The position numbers and the translations under genes are program-made. 64,000 bases of DNA from Amoebidium appalachense (lineage: Eukaryota; Protista; Ichthyosporea). The first letter of the stretch is position 1. Each line of letters starts with the position of its first letter. A model generated the notes under the pieces. The model searched no databases and was not told the origin of the DNA. It saw only the letters and a list, made by a program, of their open reading frames with translations. Where the stretch lies: the NCBI GenBank assembly GCA_963693365.1, contig CAVNZM010000001.1:10504161-10568160 (forward strand). The letters run 5' to 3'. Below, one piece after another: positions 11,940 through 23,065 of the stretch.

Positions 11940-12054
11940 TACAATGACCCCCCCCCCCCCCCATGGACCCCACCTATGGGGCCAGCAAATTTCAGTGGGG
12001 GTGTGTGAGCCATCACGTTTGATGCCTCCCCACCCCCCCCCTCCCCCCCCCCCT

Positions 12055-12089
<35 letters not shown>

Positions 12090-12627
12090 CCCCCTCCCCC
12101 CCCCCCCCCCCCCCTCCCCCCGTCCATTCGGAGGGTTTTGGCAGATATTGAGATTTTAGATTTTTCTTCTTGAAATTCCCCGATCACGTCCCCCCCTCCG
12201 TCGGGAAAATATCCTACGGACTCCCCCGTGTGTACTTTGCATTAACATACCTTCCCATTGGGAAAACAAAAAAACCTGCATCAAAATCCGTCCATTCTGA
12301 GGGTTTTTGCACGTTTTTTCCCTCCACAACACATGCACACTATAGAATGACACCCCCCCCCCCCCTCTTGGACCCCCCCTGATGGGCCGGCAAATGCCCG
12401 TGGGGATGTGTGGGTGAACGTGGGCACTCCCCCCCCACCCCCATCTACTTTTGGTGGTGAGAACGTGAGCTACTTGCTAAAGGAAAGGGTGTTTGGGTTT
12501 TTTGAATACGAAGGCTGGTATGTTGCATGCGGGACTGGAGAAAACACTGAAATTCCCCGATCACGACCCCCCCCCCCCTCCTCGGGAAAAAAATCCTACG
12601 GCCCCCGTGTGTAATTTGCATTAACAT
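11940..12627. repeat. Diverged ~400-bp tandem duplication
   Basis: The block GAAATTCCCCGATCACG...ATCCTACGG...CCCCCGTGTGTA.TTTGCATTAACAT occurs at ~12173-12248 and ~12549-12627. A block ATGAC...TGGACCCC...GCAAAT...GTGGGG occurs at ~11944 and ~12346. Confidence 0.7.
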
Positions 12628-12710
12628 GCACACATGCACACACACGGTGCATCCCCCCCCCCCCCCCCCCCCTCCCCCTCTCAACTGAGCATATACACAC
12701 ACACATACAT

Positions 12711-12753
<43 letters not shown>

Positions 12754-13149
12754 CACACACATGCACACATGCACACATGCACGGACACGAATCCCCCCCT
12801 TCCCCTTCCCTCTCCACCGAGCACATGCACACATGCACAGACATGCACACACACACACACACACCACACACGATGCACACAGACATGCACACACACACAA
12901 ACACACAACACACAAACACACATACACACAGACACACACACACACACACACATACACACATGCACACATGCACACACACGGTGCATTTCCCCCCTCCCCT
13001 TCCCTCTCCACAGAGCACACACACACACGCGTGCACACATGCACACACACGGTGCATCCCCCCTCTCCCCCCCTTCCCTTTCAACTGAGCACATACACAC
13101 ACACAGACATGCACACACACACAACATACACAGACATCCACACATCAGA

Positions 13150-13950
13150 CACAGAACAGCTTCTAGCACGAGACATTTACCACAAAGTTTATGGGGGGTA
13201 TGGTGAATGTGCCCCTGGAGTACGAGGGTCACACGAAAAAAACACAACGTTGTAGCTCGTATAGAACCCCCCTTGTAGCATAGTATATGTACATATGTTA
13301 CCTAGACATTATTGGTTTTTCAATAACTACCCACAGAACAGCCTCTAGCACAAGACATTTACCACAAAGTTTATGGGGGGGATGATGAATGTGCCCCTCG
13401 AGTACGAGGGTCACACGAAAAAAACACAACGTTGTAGCTCGAATAGAACCCCCCTTGTAGCATAGTATATGTACATGTGTTACTTACACATTATTGGTTT
13501 TTTCAATAACTACCCACAGAGCAGCTTCTAGCACGAGAAATTTACCACAACGTTTATGGGGGGGATGGTGAATGTGCCCTTGGAGTACGAGGGTCACACG
13601 AAAAAAACACAACGTTGTAGCTCGAATAGAACCCCCCTTGTAGCATAGTATATGTCCATGTGTTACCTAGACATTATTGGTTTTTTCAATAACTACCCAC
13701 AGAACAGCTTCTAGCACGAGACATTTACCACAAAGTTCATGGGGGGGATGGTGAATGTGCCTCTGGAGTACGAGGGTCACACGGAAAAAACACAACATTG
13801 TAGCCCGGATTGAAAACCCCCTTGTACCATATATATAATATATCATGCGGCATGTGTTACTTTCACGTTATTGGTTTCCTAGCACGCGATATTCAGCACA
13901 CAGTTGGGGTTGTGGGGGCAGTGTACACCTACAATATCAGGGGTACCGCG
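13150..13950. repeat. Tandem repeat, 182-183-bp unit, 4 copies plus a degenerate partial
   Basis: Units start CACAGA(A/G)CAGC at 13150, 13332, 13515 and 13698; high mutual identity that decays to the right. Confidence 0.95.
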
Positions 13951-14230
13951 CGGCAAAACACCCCCCCCCCGGGGGGGGGGGGGGGGGGTCACGCGTGCGA
14001 TGGTGCACTAATAGTACGTTAACTATACAGGGTATAGCATCAACGTTATTATATGTGCTGCTGAGTTTCTTTGTTTGTACACCCGTCACCAGTCAATTTA
14101 TTGGTGTTGGCGTCCACCTGTGACACCACCTCGGAAGACTGGGGTCACAAGTGGTGCACACGGCAGGTAAATATCATCAAACTGTAGCTGCAAAAGAATG
14201 TGCAATTAGGGTATTTGCCTATTCCACCCC

Positions 14231-14267
<37 letters not shown>

Positions 14268-14909
14268 CCCCCCCCCCCCCCCCCCCCCTCTCCCCCCCTC
14301 CCCCCAGGCCTCTCCACACCACACACACACGCACCACACACACACACTACTGCAGAGCTACATGGATGCCATCGCCATCACACGTGACGATATTTAGTTA
14401 GCATTGGTGATATTGTACCAATACGTAACGTATATTGGTAATAGATAGTACATAGAATTTATATATCACACGAATATAAATAATACGAGAGCCATATGGG
14501 GACCCCATCCTGAATCGCACGCACGCGTGTATACGTCGCGTTGAAGATGTACTCCATCAACCAACAATTAACATAACAACGAGTACACAGACCTGCCCGG
14601 GTGTACATACACGTCTGGGTGTTCACATCTTCCCCAACACATGACCTTTCTACGTAAACCGGGGATAGGCCTCGAGTAAACAACGTTAACGTTATAACTT
14701 AAGCTCCTTCGGAACGTATGGCAACGGTGTCCGAAATAAGTCCACCATATCGCCAACCTCACCGATCCGCCGAGAATCGATCCAATCACATTATGTAGTA
14801 CACCATGGGAATCCGCTTCTGATAGCAAATAGTGATTGGCTAAACCCAATCCGGTTTGCAATTTTTTGTCCGTTTAAGCCTGTACGCACGTTGTTTGCTC
14901 CATTTCTCT

Positions 14910-15040
14910 TCCCCCTTCCCGCAGGTCCGCAGGTCCTTTCCCGCAGGTCGCCTGGTCGCAGGTCCCTTCCCGCAGGTCGCCTGGTCGCAGTTCCCTTCCC
15001 GCAGGTCGCCCGGTCACAGGTCCCCTCCGCAGGTCGCGCA
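14910..15040. repeat. ~29-bp GC-rich minisatellite (CCCTTCCCGCAGGTCGCCTGGTCGCAGGT-like)
   Basis: Repeated CGCAGGTC cores, about 4 units. Confidence 0.85.
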
Positions 15041-15736
15041 GCCACCGTCCTGAATGGTTTCGACCATGCTGCATGCTGCAGCTTCTTCCCCTAACGGCTG
15101 AAAGGCCGTTTGAAGGTTAGTTTTGTGTTGCCTGCTTTTGTGCATGTGGCATTTGTCTGTCTGGTCTGTGTCCGTGCCTGTGATTATGTCTGTGTCTGTG
15201 TCTGTGTCTGTGTGCGTGTGTGTGTATGTGTGTGTGTGTGCGTGCGTGTGCGTGTGTCTGCTGGCTGCAGATGCACGTTGCCTTTTCACGTTCATGAACC
15301 AGCGACTGTGGGCACTACTTTTGCTGTTAGCACTATAGTTACAGTGTCCGTCCGCGCATAACATAATCCGCCAACAACATAATGTCGACGCCGATTTCGA
15401 AAAATCTTAACATAATGACCTCAGTCATTTTCCGGGATTATGTTAGCGCAACAAGGGGTCCCATACATATAGCATAATTATAGTTCATAAGGCAATCAGG
15501 ACCCTTATAAACCCCTATTATTTAGTATTTCGGATTTGGTTTTGGTGTTAAAGCGGCTGCCAGTGGCCCCGCGCGCGCCAAATGCAAAGAAGAGCCAATC
15601 ACCAACGCTGCTCGCATTTGGCACATGACGTCGAGGTACCAACGTCCGACTCATATACCTACACTACTTCAACGGTATCGTAGTACATATAGGCAGGTGG
15701 AAAGTAGTTGTTTAATGTTTACCAATTGCAACGATC

Positions 15737-15958
15737 ATGACCAAGCCAGTAGTTCAAGTGCAGGCAGCTGCACTTGGGTCTCTAAATAGTGCACTAGACA
15801 AAGTAAATGCTGCTACCGACAAGTTTCAGGAATGCGCACAAGCGGCCCAAGTGATCATTGCCGAGGGTCTTGTAGAAGAAAGCAATAACATTAGTAACGC
15901 AACCACCAAGGCAATTGCACAAGCTGAAAAGGCAAAAGCAGACCTCGTTCACAGATAG
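15737..15958 (+). CDS. Small Ala-rich, probably helical ORF inside the pogo-like element; may extend to ~16073 via a frameshift
   Basis: 73-aa ATG-initiated ORF in non-repetitive sequence, downstream of CCAAT (~15595) and TGACGT motifs; no recognisable domain. Confidence 0.4.
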   Translation: MTKPVVQVQAAALGSLNSALDKVNAATDKFQECAQAAQVIIAEGLVEESNNISNATTKAIAQAEKAKADLVHR

Positions 15959-16311
15959 GTGATTTAAAGAAACGCAGAGTCGTCATACCTGCGGAGCAGC
16001 TAAAAGACGGCTGCCAGCAAGCCTGGGCAGAAGTCAATGTTTGATTATGGAGCGAAGACGAATTTTTCGTTTGAACTGAACGGCTGCAAAAAGACGATGA
16101 GTGCAAGCAGTGTCAAAGAAGCCGGCCGAATCGTCGAGCTGCTTGCTGCAGACGATGATAAGCCCAAGCATCCCTGCCAGGGCTGTGGGTATTCCTGCGG
16201 GAACGCTGGTGCACTGTCAAACCACGAACGCTCTTGTGCTGCGGCAAAGGCTATTGTACGGCAACCAAACCTCGTTACGAACAACGTTGGGTCGGTCACA
16301 CATGAGTTTGT

Positions 16312-17245
16312 TGTTAAATTATATAAGTATTTGGGATGTAAGCAGAGACACAGTGGTGCAGTGTGAAAACACCACAGACACACACAACAACAAAACACGG
16401 AACGATCGGAGCAGTGTACACAACAGACATCAATGTTTAGACACGACTGAACTGAATTTATTTTGATCTCGAATAAATACCTGAAATTCCCTGAAGTTAA
16501 ATCCATACATGATTTCCGACCAGTCGGAAATCAGATCTATGTCTAAAATAACCAATCACAATTAACTGATTATTTCCCGGATAGATCCGGAGACACAGGA
16601 ACGCACACCATAGGTCACAGCTATAAGAAAGAAATGAGGTGAAGAGTAACGAGGAAAGAGGTGATGTTTCTAACCTATCATCGGCTACAAAGACTCAGAC
16701 ATTTTCTGACTAAGTCCACTGATTGGATATAGTACGGCAACACACAAAACAAAAGTGGTTGACTAAGCTATGAATCATACCTGACAAGCTAAAGTGTAAC
16801 CTAAGTGTTTTTCTACCAATCAAAACATAACGAGTAATATAAATCTACTCAACGTATATTAGTGAGAGAGAAATATAATTATGTGAAAGGAAACAAGAGA
16901 AGAAAGAAAGAGAAAAGAAAGAAGAAGAAAGAGGAAAAAGAAAAGAAAGCAGGACAGAAAACACGAACATGAAAACACAGTTATAACCGAAGATATTCAT
17001 GTACACATAACATGTACACGTTTCTCCCTCACTGGGTAGACTCGTGTACCTATAATCAGTTGCTGTAATCGATATCTAAACACACGAATATAGCCGACAC
17101 AACACGATTACAAGTACTCAAATACACTGGAGATCGATGTCATAATTTACGTACAAGGAGCACATCTCTTTCACTAAGTAAATGAATGAAAACATAACAC
17201 GAACTGAGAAGATCTTACAATATGTAAATACTACGTATTACAACA
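16312..17245 (-). repeat. Copia 3' LTR (934 bp)
   Basis: Direct repeat of 22132-23065. Confidence 0.97.
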
Positions 17246-17660
17246 TCCCCACTTAAGACTTTGAAGTTTGTGTTATCATATCCCCACTGAACTAGTGAAA
17301 TCTCCCCACTTGAGAACAGAAACGGAAAAAAAAAAAATTAAAGTGTGGACTTTTCCCGGGGGGGGGGGGGGGGGGGGGAGAAGGGGGGGGGAGGGGGGGG
17401 GAAAGGGGGGAAGGGGGGGGGGGAGGGGGGGAAGGGGGGGGAAGGAACCGGGGCAAAAACAACGAATATATATAACGTGTATAGTCGGGGTTTGATTAAC
17501 TGGGTTTTAAACCAGTGAAAGATAGAGTAGAGTCATGGTACAGGTCAAACCTTATATATAAACCCTAAGTGGGCATACCCACAAAGGCAATACATATGAA
17601 ATAATGATTATGATAAAGTAAGTAGTAAACATGAGAAAATCACTCTTGAAGTAGGTCGGG

Positions 17661-19559
17661 TCAATCCACAATATCCGGTAAACAAAGTCGAGCACGATGG
17701 TGGACATGACTCGGGCCGGGGAGGGGTTTGGTGAGGATGTCAGCTAAGTTGTGGGCTGACTCAACGTAGTGGACAACCACGTCCCCACTGGCAATGTAGT
17801 CCTTGGTGTTGTGATACCGGACGGCAATGTGTTTGGTACGGTGCTTGATGCCGGTGGAGTTGACGATGGCAATGGTCGACTGGTTGTCACAGTACACCGG
17901 AGTCGGAGCAAGCATGGGACAGCCGAGTTCCTTGAAGAGGTCACGGACCCAAGCAACTTCTTGGGTGCCAGCATTGAGAGCAATCAGCTCAGCTTCAGTG
18001 GTGCTGGTGGCCGTGATGGGCTGGAGCTTGGAGTACCAGATGATGGGCATACCAGCAAACTCGATAATGTAGCCGGTGGTAGACTTCTTGCTGTCGGCAC
18101 AACCAGCAAAGTCAGCATCCGTGTAGCATTCGAGTATGGGGGACTGGGTGGCCGAGTACTTGTAGTCAATGCCAAGGTCAATGGTGCCGAGCAGGTACCG
18201 GGCCACACGACGGAGAAGGTCCCAGTGAGTCTTGCCGGGGTTGGTGCTGAACCGACCAAGGAAGCCGATGGCATAGGCAATGTCGGGACGTGTGCACCGT
18301 GCCACCCAGAGGAGACGGCCGAGTAACTCACGGTAGGGCACGGTGAACGGTTGGGGGGGGCAGTCAGCCAGGGAGACGGTGGTGCCTGCAGGGATGGGGG
18401 TAGACTTGGACTTGGCATCGGTGAGGTTGAAGTCGTGGATGATATCCATGATGTAAGACCTCTGGTGCATGTGGAGGTGATGGGGATCAGAGTGATTAAA
18501 ATCAACACCGAGCATACGGTCAAATGGACTCATACGACAGCTGGCCATCTTGCTGATGTGGGCAGCCAGGTCACTGGCAGCAGTAGAACCCCGGGTGTTG
18601 GTGATGGTGGAGTCGTCGACGTAGTTACCAGCCCGAACCACATCGTTGTTGGGGAAGAACCGGAGGTAGATGCACGGGTCGGTCTTAGTACGGGTCAGGC
18701 CATGGGCAAGAAGAATGCCGTCGAGGAAGTCGTACCAAGCCTTGGAGGCTTGCTTGAGGCCGTACAGGGCTTTCTTGAGTCTCCAGACCTTGCCAAGTGT
18801 GGCCATGGTGATGAATCCCGGGGGTTGTTTCATGTAGATGGTCTCGGTGAGTGGGCTGTTGAGAAAGGCCGTAGACACGTCGAGTTGATGGATGTCATGA
18901 CCTTCAACAACGGCCAGAGCTAGGATGGCACGGAGAGCAGCCGGACGGATGACAGGGCTCTCAATCAACTCATAGTCAACACCGTATTGCTGACTGAAGC
19001 CTTGAGCAACACCACGTGCCTTGATCTTGGTGTCACCAGCCGAGTTGAGAGTTTTCTCGGAGACAATCCACTTGAAGCCGACGATGTTAGCACCAGGGGG
19101 AGGGTCAACAAGTTCAAAGATGTCTTTGTCGACGAAGGCTTGATACTCAGCAGTCAGGGCTGACTTGACCTGGTCACCATTGGGTCCGGAACACAGTTGA
19201 CGGACAAGTTTGGGTAGTTGGTCGATGTTGATGGGGGGACCGGGGGGGACTGGGAGGGTGGTGGTGGCTTGAAGTCCAACCTTGCCCTGTAGACGGGCAG
19301 AACGACGGGGTGCAGGAACCGGGGGAGGTGGAGACGGTGGGGGGGGAACTTGGAAGTTCGGAAGTGCAGGGGGGGCAACCTCCGGGCTGGACGGGGCCGA
19401 GTGGAAGTTGTCGGGGGAGCCGGGTCGGATGGGTGTGACGTTGCCAGGGGCAGGATGAGGGTCGGCAGGCTGGACGGGCACGGGGGCAGGGGGGCCGGTG
19501 GGGGGGGGGGTGTCGGGGGAACTACGATGGCAGGAGGGGGGCCAGAGTACACCAGACAA
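17661..19559 (-). CDS. Copia polyprotein C-terminal part: reverse transcriptase (RVT_2 type) and RNase H
   Basis: Motifs KARGVAQGFSQ, QLDVSTAFLN, LKKALYGLKQA, YVDD, YTDADFAG, STTEAE, DNQS, RTKHI and ADILTKPL. Confidence 0.96.
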   Translation of the reverse strand: MSGVLWPPSCHRSSPDTPPPTGPPAPVPVQPADPHPAPGNVTPIRPGSPDNFHSAPSSPEVAPPALPNFQVPPPPSPPPPVPAPRRSARLQGKVGLQATTTLPVPPGPPINIDQLPKLVRQLCSGPNGDQVKSALTAEYQAFVDKDIFELVDPPPGANIVGFKWIVSEKTLNSAGDTKIKARGVAQGFSQQYGVDYELIESPVIRPAALRAILALAVVEGHDIHQLDVSTAFLNSPLTETIYMKQPPGFITMATLGKVWRLKKALYGLKQASKAWYDFLDGILLAHGLTRTKTDPCIYLRFFPNNDVVRAGNYVDDSTITNTRGSTAASDLAAHISKMASCRMSPFDRMLGVDFNHSDPHHLHMHQRSYIMDIIHDFNLTDAKSKSTPIPAGTTVSLADCPPQPFTVPYRELLGRLLWVARCTRPDIAYAIGFLGRFSTNPGKTHWDLLRRVARYLLGTIDLGIDYKYSATQSPILECYTDADFAGCADSKKSTTGYIIEFAGMPIIWYSKLQPITATSTTEAELIALNAGTQEVAWVRDLFKELGCPMLAPTPVYCDNQSTIAIVNSTGIKHRTKHIAVRYHNTKDYIASGDVVVHYVESAHNLADILTKPLPGPSHVHHRARLCLPDIVD

Positions 19560-22069
19560 ACATCATCTTCAGTGTCAACTGTGGGGGGTGGTGTGGTCGA
19601 GGTAGCAGTGGTGTCGGGGGTCGGAAGTGTTGATGGAATGTCGGACGGGAGATAAGCTGATTCGTCGAAAATCACATCACGGAAGAGGCCGACACGATGG
19701 GTGGTGGGATTGAAGATCCGGTGGCAGTGTGATTGAAGATCATAGCCGATATACATGCCGAGTTTGACGGTGGGGGCCAGCTTGTTCCGTTTAGAGGCTG
19801 GCACGTGAGTGTAGGCAGGGCAACCGAACACTTTGAGCTCGGAGATGTCGGGCTTGACACCGTAGAAAACCTCGAATGGTGTACGACCATTGGCAGTCGT
19901 GGACGGGGTGACGTTGATGATGTAGGCGGCATGTTGGAGGGCCTCAGCCCACAGTTTGGGGGACAGAGACTGATCTTGGACTTGATGGAGGAGGCAACGG
20001 ACAATCTCTTGGAGGAACCGCATACGACGTTCAACATAGCCGTTCAGTTGAGGGCAGTCCACCGGAGCATAGCTGGCCTTGATGCCCTGGGAGAGGCAAA
20101 AAGCACGGGTAGCCTTGGAGGTGAACTCAGAGCCGGAGTCGAAGTGGTAGACACCAACTTTGGAGGGGGCATGGGTGGCAACGAGGTTGGTGTGAGCTGT
20201 GAGAATGTCCAGGGTGGTGGTACGGTCGGCCATCGGGTAGATCTTGACGAGTCCAGAGGCACGGCAGACAGTGACGAGAGCAACCTGGGAACCTCCGTAC
20301 GATGTTGTGGTAGGCTCAAAAAAATCCCAATGCCATTCATGACCGGGGATGTTGGAGTGAGGACGGTCACCCTTGAACGGAGCCTTGGTGGTTTTACCCA
20401 TAATGCAGCCATGACAATCAGGAACATCACAGTCGAGGACAGAGGAGGGGAGACCAATAACAAGGTCGTGTTTCACCATGTCCTTGATGCTGGTCATAGC
20501 ACGGTGCCCCAGACGATGGTGCCAGATGGATGGGTTAACACTGGTAGTGGCAGCCAGAGCCACAGGACGAGTGGGTGGTTGAATGGTGTAGTCCTTGAAG
20601 TAATACAGACCGTTGTGTAGACGGAGGTTGACGAGATGACGGCCGGTGAGTCGGTCGAAGAGGAATGACGGAGTGGAGGCATCGTTCAAATCACCCTTGA
20701 TGTATTCGGCAGCAGCTTGGGATGTTGAAATGAGGAAGGCTTGGCCAGACGGGGTGTAGTAGGCTTCAATGGTAAGGGTGGCAGTGCCATGGTCGGTGGT
20801 GGTGTTGATGACGATATGGCCGGTGTGAGTGGCCAAGACGGGGGTGCCATTGAAGGCAGCAACGGGAGTCGGTGTCGGAAGGGGAGTGAGGTCATGGAAG
20901 AACTCACGGGTGGGGCAGACAGTCATGTTGCACCCGGAATCCCAGGCAGGGTCGGAGGACACGGGGACGGAGCTAGCATTGTATGCCGAGAAAGCAAAGG
21001 AGACAGATTTCTCACTGCCTTGACGGGAACGGTTGTGTCTGGACATACGGCATTTCGGCTCAGGGCAATCGATGATCGTGTGATCAGGCTCGTGGCAGTA
21101 GGAGCATTCTTTCACGGACGGGGTGTTAGAACGAGCCGGGGAATCAGAACGACGGGAACCCGAGAAACGGGAACGACTGGGGGAACGAGACGTGGACCGG
21201 AAGGCAGGCCGGTGGGGGGAACGGGATCGGGTGTGCTGACGGGAGAGACGAGTTCGGAGGTCCGTACCAGGGGTACGGTCAAGTCGGTTGCGTAAGTCAC
21301 GGCGAGGAAGATCACGGGGGGGAGCACTGGCATTTAATGCCATGCTGGACTTGGAGGCACGGTGGGCACGGTTGCTCCGGAGTTGCATCTTGAGGTCTTG
21401 ACGTAACTCGATGCCCTTGACGTGGTTGTGGAGGGACTCGAAGTCGGGGAATAGCTTATCACCGAAGTGATAGTCTTCGATAAGACGGTTGAACTCAGGG
21501 GTGAGGTCGTCTCTGGTGGTGAGTTCATTGAAGAACTTCTCAGCTAGACGAGTGAAGTGAATGGACTCATCTTGGAGAGACTGGAGCTGGTTTACGATGG
21601 TCTGCAGACGGCTCAGGTAGGTGGTGAATGATTCACCGGGCTGAAGGGCACAGGCATCCCACTGACGGTGAAGGATGCGGATCTGATCGGGTTTGCCTTG
21701 GAGATAGTGTTGACGGAATTTCCACATGGCCCGTTCAGGGTCCATGCCAATACGGTACTGGGCAACGGTGGTGAGGACGGAAGGGTCGATGTTCTGTATC
21801 ATATGGAGCAGGAGGCAATTGCGGGCCTCCTTGAGTTCCGCGGTGGTGCCGTAGCCATAGAAGGGGGGTTCACCGTCAACCGCGACGGTGGTAGGGGGGA
21901 CGTAGTTGTCAGCAAGTACAACATCCACGAGTCGGACACCTTTAGTGCCGGTCATCATGCCGAGAAAAATGATTTCCCATTGAAAATAGGTGGTTTTGCT
22001 ATCGGGACCAGTCTTCCCTTCACCTTTCCACATGGTGATTTTGTTTACGCCAGTTTTGTTTGGATCCAT
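19154..22069 (-). CDS. Copia polyprotein N-terminal part: Gag (CCHC knuckle), aspartic protease, integrase
   Basis: CSYCHEPDHTIIDC knuckle; AWDSGC protease site; WHHRLGH...CHGC zinc motif; integrase D (WHWDF), D (HFDSGSEF) and E (NGYVER). The real frame probably shifts at the G run 19500-19510. Confidence 0.95.
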   Translation of the reverse strand: MDPNKTGVNKITMWKGEGKTGPDSKTTYFQWEIIFLGMMTGTKGVRLVDVVLADNYVPPTTVAVDGEPPFYGYGTTAELKEARNCLLLHMIQNIDPSVLTTVAQYRIGMDPERAMWKFRQHYLQGKPDQIRILHRQWDACALQPGESFTTYLSRLQTIVNQLQSLQDESIHFTRLAEKFFNELTTRDDLTPEFNRLIEDYHFGDKLFPDFESLHNHVKGIELRQDLKMQLRSNRAHRASKSSMALNASAPPRDLPRRDLRNRLDRTPGTDLRTRLSRQHTRSRSPHRPAFRSTSRSPSRSRFSGSRRSDSPARSNTPSVKECSYCHEPDHTIIDCPEPKCRMSRHNRSRQGSEKSVSFAFSAYNASSVPVSSDPAWDSGCNMTVCPTREFFHDLTPLPTPTPVAAFNGTPVLATHTGHIVINTTTDHGTATLTIEAYYTPSGQAFLISTSQAAAEYIKGDLNDASTPSFLFDRLTGRHLVNLRLHNGLYYFKDYTIQPPTRPVALAATTSVNPSIWHHRLGHRAMTSIKDMVKHDLVIGLPSSVLDCDVPDCHGCIMGKTTKAPFKGDRPHSNIPGHEWHWDFFEPTTTSYGGSQVALVTVCRASGLVKIYPMADRTTTLDILTAHTNLVATHAPSKVGVYHFDSGSEFTSKATRAFCLSQGIKASYAPVDCPQLNGYVERRMRFLQEIVRCLLHQVQDQSLSPKLWAEALQHAAYIINVTPSTTANGRTPFEVFYGVKPDISELKVFGCPAYTHVPASKRNKLAPTVKLGMYIGYDLQSHCHRIFNPTTHRVGLFRDVIFDESAYLPSDIPSTLPTPDTTATSTTPPPTVDTEDDVCLVYSGPPPAIVVPPTPPPPPAPLPPCPSSLPTLILPLATSHPSDPAPPTTSTRPRPARRLPPLHFRTSKFPPHRLHLPRFLHPVVLPVYRARLDFKPPPPSQSPPVPPSTSTNYPNLSVNCVPDPMVTRSSQP

Positions 22070-22131
22070 GATTGAAAAACGAGCGCTAGTTCTAGATGTG
22101 TGTAGGGAGCGTGCAAAAGGGCTGCATAACC

Positions 22132-23065
22132 TGTTAAATTATATAAGTATTTGGGATGTAAGCAGAGACACAGTGGTGCAGTGTGAAAACACCACAGACA
22201 CACACAACAACAAAACACGGAACGATCGGAGCAGTGTACACAACAGACATCAATGTTTAGACACGACTGAACTGAATTTATTCTGATCTCGAATAAATAC
22301 CTGAAATTCCCTTAAGTTAAATCCATACATGATTTCCGACCAGTCGGAAATCAGATCTATGTCTAAAATAACCAATCACAATTAACTGATTATTTCCCGG
22401 ATAGATCCGGAGACACAGGAACGCACACCATAGGTCACAGCTATAAGAAAGAAATGAGGTGAAGAGTAACGAGGAAAGAGGTGATGTTTCTAACCTATCA
22501 TCGGCTACAAAGACTCAGACATTTTCTGACTAAGTCCACTGATTGGATATAGTACGGCAACACACAAAACAAAAGTGGTTGACTAAGCTATGAATCATAC
22601 CTGACAAGCTAAAGTGTAACCTAAGTGTTTTTCTACCAATCAAAACATAACGAGTAATATAAATCTACTCAACGTATATTAGTGAGAGAGAAATATAATT
22701 ATGTGAAAGGAAACAAGAGAAGAAAGAAAGAGAAAAGAAAGAAGAAGAAAGAGGAAAAAGAAAAGAAAGCAGGACAGAAAACACGAACATGAAAACACAG
22801 TTATAACCGAAGATATTCATGTACACATAACATGTACACGTTTCTCCCTCACTGGGTAGACTCGTGTACCTATAATCAGTTGCTGTAATCGATATCTAAA
22901 CACACGAATATAGCCGACACAACACGATTACAAGTACTCAAATACACTGGAGATCGATGTCATAATTTACGTACAAGGAGCACATCTCTTTCACTAAGTA
23001 AATGAATGAAAACATAACACGAACTGAGAAGATCTTACAATATGTAAATACTACGTATTACAACA
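22132..23065 (-). repeat. Copia 5' LTR (934 bp)
   Basis: Direct repeat of 16312-17245, adjacent to the PBS. Confidence 0.97.

Larger units (their letters stand above)
16312..23065 (-). mobile_element. Full-length Ty1/Copia LTR retrotransposon (6754 bp), recent insertion
   Basis: 934-bp LTRs with TG...CA termini and only 2 mismatches seen by eye; 5-bp TSD TTTGT (16307-16311 and 23066-23070); PBS at 22108-22131; PPT AGTGGGGA at 17246-17253; domain order Gag-PR-IN-RT-RH. Confidence 0.98.

Noticed and set aside
17744-22075. Long antisense and alternative-frame ORFs within the Copia element
   Set aside because: Shadow ORFs expected from the codon bias of the gag-pol frame.
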